DNA of 54,087 bases, filler included, from Catajapyx aquilonaris (taxonomy: Eukaryota), in the NCBI GenBank assembly GCA_000934665.2. It is 2 parts of 2 records of this genome, joined end to end, with 100 filler letters (N's around TTAATTAATTAA, not from the genome) between each part and the next. Parts side by side here need not be neighbours in the genome. Positions count along the whole stretch, not along the records: positions 1 to 29,451 come from KZ539359.1; 1 more part is not named here. The stretch is one strand, 5' to 3'. Numbering within the stretch: the first letter of the stretch is position 1; each line of letters begins with the position of its first letter. The position numbers were made by a program, and so were the translations under genes. This document shows positions 9,144 to 19,378 of the stretch, piece by piece. Below the pieces are notes generated by a model. It worked only from the letters and a program-made list of their open reading frames with translations, was not told the origin of the DNA and searched no databases.

Positions 9144-12100
9144 TTATATTATCCCGATCTTGTTGGCCACGTCAAGAGCATCGTAGTCTGGCGCAAGTTT
9201 GACGAAAGCCTTCTTCTTCCCATCAGGCCTGATCAAAGTGTTCACCTTCGATACGTCAATATCGTAGAGCTTCTTAACCGCCAGTCTTACCTGGTGATAA
9301 AGAGAAGTTAATTAAACCAGTGCCATTCGTGAAACTAACAGCGACACTTACTTGATGCTTGTTTGCCTTGGTGTGTACTACAAATACGAGTGTGTTGTGA
9401 TCCTCGATCTTCTTCATCGCCGCTTCGGTGGTGAGTGGGAAGCGGATTATGTTGTAGGCATCCATCCTGTTGCGATTAGGCACAGACTTGCGGGCGTACT
9501 TGGGGTTGCGGGGCAGGCAGAGCGTCTTGGGGCGACGGAATCTGACCTCCGTCCTCACCTTACGGCTGCGGGTGCCCCACGGACCCTTCAACACCTACAG
9601 ACAAAAAATGTGTTACCCATTGCATCGAAACAGTCGCGTTCATATCAGATGGCAGACTCAGTTTTAAAATGCTTTCTCGCTCATCCTTATCGGAGAGATT
9701 CCCGCATTTTGTCATCACCGTCTGCAGCTGTTAGCGTACTGCACTTTTAATAGGTCGTACCTTTCTTTGAACCCCAAGGGCCTTGCGGACCACGGGTTTA
9801 CCACCCTTGGCGGTCGCTTTGGCCACGGCAGCCCTAGCCTTTGCAGCCTGAGTGGTCGGCTTGGCTCCCTTCTTTGCTGCGGCTCCTTTGGCAGCTGGTT
9901 TGGCCACCTGCTTCTTCGCAGAGGCTGCGGTTGCCTTGCCCTTGGCCTGCGCCTTCCCTGCCTGCTTCCCCTTGGCTGCCTTAGCATCCTTGGCTTTGGC
10001 TGGCTGTTTCCCTGCGGCTGGTTGTTTGCCCTTAGCTGGAGCGGCCTTAGCTGGGGCTGCACCCTTGGCGGCTCCCTTAGCCTGCTTGGCCTCCTTGGTT
10101 GCCTTTGCGTCCTTGGCTGGCTTAGCATCCTTGGCTGCCTTGCCATCCTTAGCTGGCTTGGCGTCCTTGGCTGGCTTGGCGTCCTTGGCGGGCTTGGCTT
10201 CCTTGGCGGGCTTTGCGTCCTTGGCTGGCTTTGCATCCTTGGCAGCCTTGCCGTCCTTGGCCGGCTTGGCATCCTTAGCTGGCTTAGCCTGCTTGACCGT
10301 GGTGGCTGGTTCGGACTTAGCCTTGGCCGGCTGCTTGCCCTTGGCTGGGGCTGCCTTCTGGGGCTGGGGCTCCTTCTTCTGGGCGGCAGCTACATTTGCA
10401 GCGGCTGCTGGGGCAGGTGCTGGGGTCTTCCCCTTCTTCTCAGGTGGGCCCTGCTTCTTCTCTGGCTCCTTCTTCTCAGCAGGGGCCTTCCGCTTCTCAC
10501 CAGCTCCTGATGATCCCGAAGCCGATGCAGCAGGCTTGGCTGGTGGCTTCTTCTCATCCTTTCCTCCTCCTGTACAGGCAGAGCGAGATTGAATTGAGAT
10601 TCACAGATAAGGAAGCTTCGTGTGTGGAGCCGATTCTATCTCATCGGCCCATGCCTGGAATGAGTGAGACTTGCAGCTGATTATTCTTTGTCCATATTGA
10701 ATGGGTTCGGCTCATGTATGCCTGACAAGCCAGAGGATTTATTTTGAAGTGTGGAACGGGACGAAGTTTTATTTTGCTTTCATTATGTACTCACAGTTAG
10801 TGCTTACCCAGAGAGAGTCTATGAAAGTCGATTAGCAAACAGTATTTTTCGAAATTGAAGGAACATTCCTACTGCATCAAAATATTGTACAAGTTATTCA
10901 AAATAAGGCCAATAATGTTTGAGGACTGCACACTTCATGCCCAGTTAATTTCACAAGATAGCAAAAATGTAATTACACAGAAATTTCTCAAAGGGGAAAA
11001 AGTACCATAACGACGTATATTTTTAAAAAAACAGCATGATGGCGAGCAGAATATGTGAATTTTTCATACGTCGAGAAATGTCATCTAGGCTTACATACTG
11101 AACATTATTTGTCTAATTTTGAAAAACTCGCATATGTAGGAATGTTCCTTTGATTTAAAAACAATACCATCCGCTAAGAGACTTGCGTCTGTGTAAGCAC
11201 TAATTACGGAATAAAAAGTTAATAACTTGAACCTTAGTCACTCTTTATAAAAATGCTCTGGATCGTCTGGCTTGTATAAGCAGAGGCCATTCGAAATGGA
11301 CAAAGAATAATGAGCAAGTTTCACTGTGCTCACAAATCAGCCATTTTTATACCACACCCCAAAATTCGCCACTTGAGACATGCAACTGCAAAGTCGTCAA
11401 TTAATAAAACCCAGCCTGTTCCTCAAGTTGTGAAAATAATTAGTTGGGTCAATCCTTGTTTTCAAATTGCCACAAACGTCGCTTGGAACCTTCACAATTT
11501 TAATGGCAATTGCGAAATTGAGCCACGTATGGTTGACCACTGCTGCGTTTACATGTGAGCGATTTGATCAGCCACGATCGTTACTTTCACCCCCAAACAG
11601 TTGGTTTCATACTAACCAGCCCCATCTCTACCAGCCTAGCCCTTTGTGTTGAAGGTAGTTTAATATAATAAAGTCTCCGCCATGCGGGGAATGTGGCGTT
11701 GGCGAGCCCCCACAGGAATCTACTGGGGGGTTCGGTTCGGGTTGGCCACATTCGGAACCAACCCAAACCGTCCTTCCTCGGAGGGCGTTCGCAGGGTGGC
11801 TGGCAGCGATAGATTCCAGCGTCTAATTGATGATCTGGCGGAGTCTTTTGTATTAAACTACCGTATGACAGGAGTAACAGAGGGCTGATATAAACCAACT
11901 GTTTGGGGTGAAAATAACAAATCATTGTTAACAATAGATTTTCGCCCCAAGCGTCATTGCTGCACATCGCTGATCAAATCGCTTGCATGCAAATGCGACC
12001 TGAACTGAATTCGACCAACTTTATGTGCGCACATGGGTGTGGCACAATTAATCCCATTTGTAGCAATGCAATAGCATTAATTGATATATTCAGTTTATGG

Positions 12101-12669
12101 ACTGCCATCAAAACATTCCTATCGCCTATTATGTCCATTCGGAAAACCCCAGGAACCGCAGAAAATGCATGATTTTCCGTTGAAATTTTTACAACAGAAA
12201 GTTTAAATAATTAGCATAATTATTACACACAACCTGCACTAAAAAGTATAGTAATTACAAGTTTAATTAGCTTAATTATTAGGCACAACCTGTACTATAA
12301 AATTACTAGCTTAATTAGCATATTAGGTACAACCTGCACTAAAAATAGAGAAACACAATTACATTATTGTTAATTATTATAAAAAACGTGACGGAGCATC
12401 TCTAAAGCTGTGAACCCTTCCAAAAATATAATGAGTAAATTATTAATATAAATTTTAAACAAATCGAACACTCCAAAAAGCCCGTTCTAAGATGGCCGAC
12501 CACGTGGCCGGCACCCTAAAACCTCAATTCCCTTCTCCCTAAGGCTCCCCTAGGGTCTGCAGGTGTGTCAGGCCCGTGCTTCGGTCCCGCCCCGAGGCGG
12601 CCCAAGGGCGGAGGAGGGCTCCAGAGCAACTGAATGCGTCTCACCAGTTCCTTTTCCTTTAGGTCCCAT
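9144..12669 (-). CDS. RpL23A: 60S ribosomal protein L23a (uL23) with long H1-like N-terminal extension. Exons 12669-12645, 10569-9761, 9594-9352, 9290-9144; 407 aa
   Basis: Core [53 protein letters not shown]...[32 protein letters not shown] is uL23. Splice phases are consistent (1224 nt). Pyrimidine-rich start upstream of the ATG; minus-strand AATAAA at ~9111-9116. Confidence 0.96.
9652..9725 (-). ncRNA. Intronic box C/D snoRNA, SNORD79 (U79)-like
   Basis: In RpL23A intron 2, sense strand: terminal stem GCAGAC/GTCTGC, box C GTGATGA (9718-9712), D' CCGA (9693-9690) preceded by guide GCGGGAATCTCT, box D CTGA (9661-9658), ~60 nt from the 3' splice site. The guide is complementary to the conserved 28S GAGAUUCCC. 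Confidence 0.85.
10090..10290 (-). repeat. Coding 18-nt tandem repeat encoding about 10-11 (KPAKDA)-like hexapeptides in RpL23A exon 2
   Basis: Minus-strand translation [62 protein letters not shown]. Confidence 0.92.
10661..11326. repeat. Degenerate long inverted repeat (arms ~10661-10920 and ~11101-11326), possibly an old Tc1/pogo-type MITE
   Basis: Matching blocks: ttattctttgtccat/atggacaaagaataa, tagtgcttac/gtaagcacta, aaggaacattcctac/gtaggaatgttcctt, aataatgtt/aacattatt. The right end reads CAGTGAAACTTGC on the minus strand. Confidence 0.7.
11495..12082. other. Long imperfect fold-back with a GC-rich multi-hairpin apical domain (11675-11843) in RpL23A intron 1
   Basis: Nested pairs agcgatttgatcagc/gctgatcaaatcgct, ccccaaacagttggttt/aaaccaactgtttgggg, ggtagtttaata/tattaaactacc and ctccgcca/tggcggag enclose four hairpins. 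Confidence 0.8.
12205..12345. repeat. Three diverged ~50-bp tandem units (…ttagc…acaacctgcactaaaaa)
   Basis: acaacctg(c/t)acta recurs at ~12228, ~12285 and ~12329. Confidence 0.75.
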
Positions 12670-12689
12670 CGCTGCAAAAACGATGCGAT

Positions 12690-12820
12690 CAACGGCGAAG
12701 GAATGGCGAACGGGACGTGACGTCACGAAAAGGAACAGCGTTGCACCGAATGTTCACATCTGGCAGCACGCACCAGCCAGCCAATCAGACACGGGACAGG
12801 GCAACAACAGACCAATCACA
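12690..12820 (-). promoter_or_regulatory. RpL23A promoter: TCT/5'TOP-like start, CRE palindrome, twin CCAAT boxes
   Basis: Minus-strand CCATTCCTTCGCC at ~12706-12694, ~30 nt before the ATG. CGTGACGTCACG at 12716-12727. CCAATCA at 12781 and 12812 (31-bp spacing). YY1/Pho-like AAGATGGC at 12489 and 13228. Confidence 0.7.
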
Positions 12821-13794
12821 GACTGGCTGCATCTTAACACTAGGATGTATAAACTTGCCACGATTTGGTTGTAGCATAACGGCTGTAAATAGCGGTTGTA
12901 CTACTAGCTATAAGCGGCTTATTAACGCTGCTTACTGACAGACGGCAGAGATGGCAGCACTATGCCCGCCACGCTTATCACAAATTGTGATTAAGCCATG
13001 CCATAATTATAATTTTGCATTCCACTAATTGTTCATCCCGTTGGGTAATGTGCGTAATTGCGTTATGATGCGCATGAAGAAATTCCCTATACATTCCTTT
13101 TAGCATGGAACAACTAGTGGAGTTAAAATCGATGGAGTGATCAACTAGTTGAGCCTGGAAAGGTATGTTCGAAACGCTGCTTTAAAAAAAATGTGGCAGC
13201 GGTCAGAACGCACCTTGAGAAAAATTCAAGATGGCGGACAATAATTGCTTCAGATAATTTGGGGGACTTGTTTCTTTTCAAGTTGTGAGACCTCCGGTGC
13301 CAAACTGTGGCAACAGGTTGTTAAAAAAAAAAAAAGATTAGACATTAATTATTAAAAACATGTGCTTAAAAAAATTCGCGAACATTGGTGGTAATGAGTA
13401 AGAAAATAGTTCACATGGTTCACATCAACATCCGGTTGTCACCTTTTTATAAGACACTTCATTTTTTCCCCCCCATTTATTTGTTATGCCCAGTGCCCAC
13501 AGTACTACCGATCAGTCATTAATGTACCGTACTTAGAATAATGAGGTGCACCATGGCATGTTCTCTCTCCCACCATACCGCAAGATTGAATTAATTATAC
13601 ATCCTGAAGTAATCTAATGGAGAAAGTGTCAGACGAATAAAATTTTATTTCTGATATAATTTGCCCTTAGATGCCATTTAAAGTGTCATCTGCCCTGATG
13701 TTTTTTTCTTCCGTTTTCTAGCTATGAGATTTTCATACAGGGGGCTTTTTTTTTTTTTTTTTGCTTCTGTGCGGTTAACAGGAGGCTACAGAAG

Positions 13795-16700
13795 TCAAAG
13801 GTGTGGGTCGAAACGTACAACCCGCTGGGGCTTCGCCGTATCAGGCGGAGTCTTCTCATTGCCGACTGTCTCCGCAGGAGGTTCCAACAATGCCATGGTG
13901 TCCCGCCACTTCATGGCATCTTCGGGAGCCATGTACAAAAGCGAATTGTCCACCAGCTGGTCCACCAATATCTGCAACGCAGGTCACAGAGGAAAAGCGA
14001 GGTTTTATTCAGATCACCTGAATCTTTATGAAAACGCACCTGCGCCCTATTCTTTACACTTCCCTCGAACTTGTCCGGGATTGAGAATATATGACTGTGC
14101 ACGTCCGGATCGTGCAGCCACTCGCTTATCTTGGAGTTGCTCAGCCTGTAGAAAGCCGGGGTCAGATTGGCCTCCGTGTATGAAAGCTCCGAGATGCAGA
14201 AGGCAAGATTCCTCCTCGCCTGCATGTCCAGCTTAGTGGACATGTGACGGCACAGCTGGCAGACGCTCTCCACCACGTCGCCCGACGGGTCCTTCAGTCG
14301 CAGCAGGAACCTGCGGTACAACCCGAGTCACTAAATGCAATTAGCCCGGAAGCGTCGCCTTACATCATCACGGTGCAGAAGTGCTCCTGCGTGATCCCCG
14401 CTCTGGTCAGAAATTCGATGGCCTCGTCCCTCATCTTCGTAAGCCCCATCTTCGGACGCTTGGCCAGCTCCACGAAGAGCATCTGGGCATTCCGCACTAT
14501 TTCCTGGTCCGGGTCCACCAAGCAGAGGGTCAGGCGCACGAACTTGCCGCTTGCCGTCAACTTGCAGGCCAGGATCAGCTCGCAGATGGTGCGCAGGACT
14601 TTCCGTCGCACCTTCACGTTCTGGCAGCCCAAGCTGAAACAGTTGTTGGTGGTCATAATCATGCAGGATTATCAAAAGGTAAGCTCACCATGTGTACAGG
14701 TCGGGCAGCAGCGGGTTGACCACGTCTGGATGAGTGTATGTCATGTCCTTCACCGTCTCCAGGGTATCCAGACACACCTCTGCGAAAGGGGTGCTGACCA
14801 GTAGTTTGAACAGCAGCTGTAGAGTCAACGGGAAACAAATTGAGGCTCCTTTGAGAATATGCTACCCATGGGGACACGTACCTCTCTGAACTCCCTGCAG
14901 CATTTGCGCGAGACATGCATGAGCTTGTGCAGCACTTGCTGGGCGCTGCTCCACACTTCCTTGGTGGAATACACTTGGGCATACGTGCACATCCCATTAA
15001 CAAAAGCGCTGCGGGGGTAAGAAATCGCATGACATATGACATGAAACTAATGATATTTCAGACGCTCCGTATGCGGCTCGACGAATACCTGAAGTAGCAT
15101 TCCATAGCCTGGCGCAGCACCAGCTCGTGACCTGATTTGAAGAAGACAATGAAGTAGAAGCTGTCTTCCTCAGGATCGACATCGACCTTATTTTTCACCG
15201 TCGGAGTTCCCCTGCTATGGCCTCGACTGTGCTTGAGCTGGTGGGCCTCCACCCTCTCCCTCTTGATCCTCTGGTCCACCTTCTTCTCCTTCTCCCGGCT
15301 GATCCTGACTCTGAGGTGCTGCAGGTGACCCATTGTGAAGAGGCTCACCAGGTGTATGAACTTGGAGTGCTCGTGGATGACCGCCTTGTGCGTCGGATTC
15401 TTGTTCTTGATGCTCAGGTTCGACACCACTTGCCACAGGATGCTCTCCATCATGGCAACCGGATCCTCGGATTTCTGCAATTATCATATATATGAGACGT
15501 AATCTGCGCAACGCCATGCAGAAGCAAAATAGGCAAGAAAAAGCAACTTATTTGTACCGCAAAAATCACGTCGACTAGTCCACTGCCCAGTCCCAGGAGG
15601 GACTTGAGCGGATGCTTGAAGAAGTATTCCAGCACCGTCTCATGCAGAAATCTGAACAGCTTGTGGTCCTTCGGGAGCTTCGGCTTCTGGCCCCACGTTC
15701 CCGGCTCCCTGTCCAGGTTGGATATGAGTGTGCATGTGTACCGCAGCAGGTATGGATCGCTCTCTTCGCTCAGACCGATCCTCATCACTTCTTCTATGTC
15801 TTCTATGGACAGCACCTGGTCGTACCTAGCGAAAGCGAGAGAAACGGCACGTCAGTCGCTTTGTCGCTGCCCAAGTTCAAGCAACTATACACATCTAATG
15901 AGGAAACCTACTTCGAAGCCATCCCAAGGAGCATCAGAAGCAGCCCCTTGTTCTCCAGCGGGTACTTCGACACTCCTGTGACTATCTCCCACATAAGCTG
16001 AAAACGTAGCAATAATTCTGCAATGTATGTACGTAACACAAAGACATTATTTTTACCTGGAAGGACCACCTGTCCAGGTACTCGATTTGGACCAAATAGC
16101 AGATCAGCAGCTCCATGGCCTGCAGCTCGCTGTTGGAGCAGTTGTCCACGATCCGGGCCAACTGCGTGATGATCATTATGGTTCTCCTTTTGCTGCGAGT
16201 TTGTGTTAAAGAATTATTAATCGCTTGCGTGCACAGATGGCCAATTCGCTTCCCATTACAGGTTACCTGTCTTCCGGTCCGAGGCCCTCGCAGAACTCTG
16301 CGAACTGCTTCAGTATGTAGTGGTGGGTTGGATGCTCCTGGGACCTGTAGAGTGCCAGCATCTTCCTGACGGCAGGCACAGCCTCGTCCAGCCCCATCTG
16401 CATGTAGGTCATGATCAGCTGGATCATCCTGTGAGTGAACTGGTCGTCCTGCTGCGACCTCAGCAGGCTGATTAGCTCCGGCACGGTGCGGGACAACGCC
16501 TCTTTGATCAAGGTCAGGTCGCTCAGGTACTGGATATTCAGGTGAAGCCTGTTGTGCGTTCCACGCTCCTGAAGGTACATCTCCCGGGTGGGAGGATTCA
16601 TCAGTTCGCTCCTTATTCCCTCCTCGTGAGGCTCATCCCCTCTGTCCGGATGGTCCCCGGAGGCCCCTTGCTTTTCCCTCATGTTGGCCGAGGCGCAGTC

Positions 16701-19378
16701 CCCGACGTGCTTCAACAGCTCGAGAAGATTCTTCTCCTGCACGCCCACCAGATGCAGCGGCATGAACTCCTCAGGCTCCTCCTTCACCTTGTGCAAGGGT
16801 CTGAGCAGCCACAAACTGATGTCGTCCTGGCTCGGGTGGTAATCCAGGATCCTCTTCGCCAGGCGGACCACGGGCTTCCACATGCCTTTCAGAAGGATGT
16901 CGGCAAGCCTGGTCACTGCGCCCGGAAGGGTCTTGGAGGTGACGAAACACAAGTCAACCGTTTCTTCATTCTCTGCGGAAAACCGACAGAAAAAGCAATC
17001 AGTCAGCAAGCAAAGACGGTGGTATGATAATGTTAATTAATCATCATTATCCTTTCACAGGCTCTTTCTCAAAAGACTGGGGTTTAAATGAGGATAATTA
17101 ATGCCGGACAATATTGCGGCTCACCTCTGACCTTCCACTGATCCAGCAGAGGATACACCTCGTTCATTATTTCAGGCCATGGTCGGATCCGTGGGGCGGA
17201 CTCCTGCGAATCCTTCAGCTCCTTCTGGCATCTCTGCAGGTTGTCCGCAACTTCTCGGAAGGGTATCTGAAAAAATATTTGCAAATGTATTTTTCGCATT
17301 TGCAACGAAGAATAGGTTGTTGGGCCGTACGGTTTGCACAATATGGTGGCTCATCAGTGTTGAAACAAGGTCCAACCCGCTTCTCTGAGCCGCATTGTTG
17401 GACCTCTGCTCCAGGAGGTTCGCACTCAGTTCAAATGCCTTCAGGATGAAATCGGGAGTCAGCTTCATGTGCTGAACCAGCCGACACACATGATGGATCG
17501 CCTATTTGGTTGGATTGGACTTAGCAACACAGAGTCAGCAACATTGTGACATTTTGATACCTCGAATTGTGTGGCGGAATTTGAGGTTTTAGCGTCGGTC
17601 ATCAGCAGGTTCAGAAACTCGCTTCTCTTATCCTTCTCCCGTTCTTCCAAGGCAGGTCCTTGCATCGTCGACACCAGGAGCTCGCATATGATCCGCTGCA
17701 GCCAGTGATTCTGCTGGTGCTGCAAAATAGACAACAACGACCTGAGACCTCGAGACGTGAGGTTTTGACGTATGCCTTTCTGGTATGTAAAGTGAATTAA
17801 CGACAATGATTGATTTCAGCCAAACATTTTACCTGGCCGAACAGGAGCGGTCGCAGGGCGTCAAAGTTGGCCAAGAAGCTTCTCGGCGAGTTCTTCACGA
17901 TCTCCAGAAGGAAACCTCCGAACACGTCCACCTTGAGGTTGCCCTTCCCGGAGAATGTGAATTCCGTCAAGCATGTGATCATCCTGTTGGCTGTCCCCTT
18001 GCAGAACGGGTCCCGCTCCAGCGACCCGACGAACTCCGCCAGTGCTCCGACCAAAAAAGGGTTGTCCTGTACCATCAGGAGGAGCTTCTTGGTGCATTTG
18101 AGACCGGAAGTGGCGGACTGGATCAGGGAAGTCAGGACGCTGGCCGTCTCCTGCTGCATCTCCTCCCAGAGGTTGTACGAAGGGTTTTGCATCACAACGC
18201 AACAGATGCCAATCAGCAACCTGTGCAAACCAGAGGGACATACTCAAGGCAATTATGAAGCGCTAATAAATTCGGCTCACTCCGAGACGGCTGATTCCAC
18301 ATGCAGGGCCTTCCACAGGTGATGGATTGGCAGCTGAAGCATTTCATGGAGGTATGCAAGGGCTCGGATTTTGTAATCGGTCCAATCTGCTTCCTGCGCC
18401 TAATTGGACAGAAATAATTACCATATTTGACGGCATACAAGACGGCCACGTTCAGGAAAAAGCGTTCTTCATGTATTGTTGCATATAAGAAGCAGGGTGA
18501 TTTTTTGAGCAATTTTTGGGGGGAGAAAGTGTGTGTCTTATATGCCGTCAAATACATTGCGGTTCAGATTATGCTTAATTGCATTTACTTCAGTTATGCC
18601 TGTGGTGCTGTACTTGAGTTCCATCTTTTCAATGAACTGAGCCAGCAAGTAGACGTTCATCTTGACCTTGTTTCTGTAGTCCCGACGTGTCTCATTGCTC
18701 AGCGTTTTAGTCAAAAGGCATTTGAGTTCCGGGACCATTAATTGCATAGCTGTCGATGCAAATCATGTCAAAAACAGTACAATAATTGAACACAATACTT
18801 ACTTTTTAATGCTATTTCGCTGTACAAGAAGGCATGCCCGACGTCCATATGTTCCATGAACGTCAAAGCACCATAAAGCTGGTCGAAGTAGACGAAGGTG
18901 AAGTTTGGCACCGAGAATTCCAGGTCGAACCTACAAACTGTAATGAACAGATCATGTAATTATTGTATGATGTAATTAGTCTTATCAGGATATGCAACCC
19001 ACTACGGCCAACCCAGAATAATGGTAACTGAAGTTGTCCGTAGTGGGTTGCATTATGATAAGGCAGATATCTCACCCTCGTATTTCTCAACTACATCAAT
19101 CGGAAGCATCAACTTCACCAAGTATCTCGGAGTGTCGTATAAAGCATCGTCTTCATGACTTCTCAGCAAATCATCAGGATTCTTCGGTATGATAAATTCC
19201 CAATTTCGGTCCAGTTCGCGGACAGATTCCTCCTGTAAATAATGAGCAATTATTCTAATTTTTCATTTAAGAAAACATGGCATTTTATAACAGTATGACG
19301 CACCCAACGTGTTGGGATTGGCCTGATCTCTTCTAGGGAAAGGCGTACCTGCTCCGGCTTGGTCTGTCCAGTTGCCAT
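13795..19378 (-). CDS. CAP-D2: Condensin complex subunit 1 (CAP-D2/Cnd1)-like HEAT protein, multi-exon, highly diverged. First exons 19378-19349, 19232-19076, 18937-18803, 18749-18589; last exon 13971-13795
   Basis: Collinear with recalled NCAPD2 motifs: WEFIIPKNPDDLL; YFDQLYGAL; YRNKVKMNVYLLAQFIE; DWTDY..LLQLPIHHLW-like; Cnd1 region LLFKLL..KDMTYTHPDVVNPLLPDLY.CL.CQNVKVRRKVLRTICELIL..LCLVDPDQEIVRNAQMLFVELAKR; RNLAFCISELSYTE. Junctions checked (exons 1-5, Cnd1 exons, last exon) are in phase. Middle exons were not all delimited. Confidence 0.85.
18419..18555. mobile_element. ~135-bp Tc1/mariner (Tc2/pogo-like) MITE in CAP-D2 intron 4
   Basis: TIR TATTTGACGGCATACAAGAC / GTCTTATATGCCGTCAAATA (19 of 20 matching). 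The left end TA-CCATATTT resembles TA-CCGTATTT MITE termini. Confidence 0.7.

Noticed and set aside
9715..10680. Long Leu/Gly/Ala-rich ORFs (9767-10510 +, 9852-10592 +, 9715-10272 -)
   Set aside because: Antisense or off-frame shadows of the repetitive RpL23A exon 2.
10615..10735. H/ACA snoRNA candidate on the minus strand (hairpin-AGAATA-hairpin-ACA)
   Set aside because: The 5' hairpin and apparent H box are one arm of the 10661-11326 inverted repeat, and the hairpins are weak.
11675..11843. RNase P/MRP RNA, HDV-like, hammerhead or twister ribozyme
   Set aside because: No P4 pseudoknot consensus and no CUGANGA/GAAA core. CCT-TCCTCGG-AGG resembles HDV P3/L3 but lacks a proper P1/P1.1/P2 context.
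12205..12345. CRISPR-like repeat-spacer array
   Set aside because: Eukaryotic intron, and the inter-repeat sequence is also homologous, so it is a diverged tandem repeat.
13724..18741. Numerous + strand ORFs over CAP-D2
   Set aside because: Antisense shadows of GC3-rich coding exons, with no recognisable domains.
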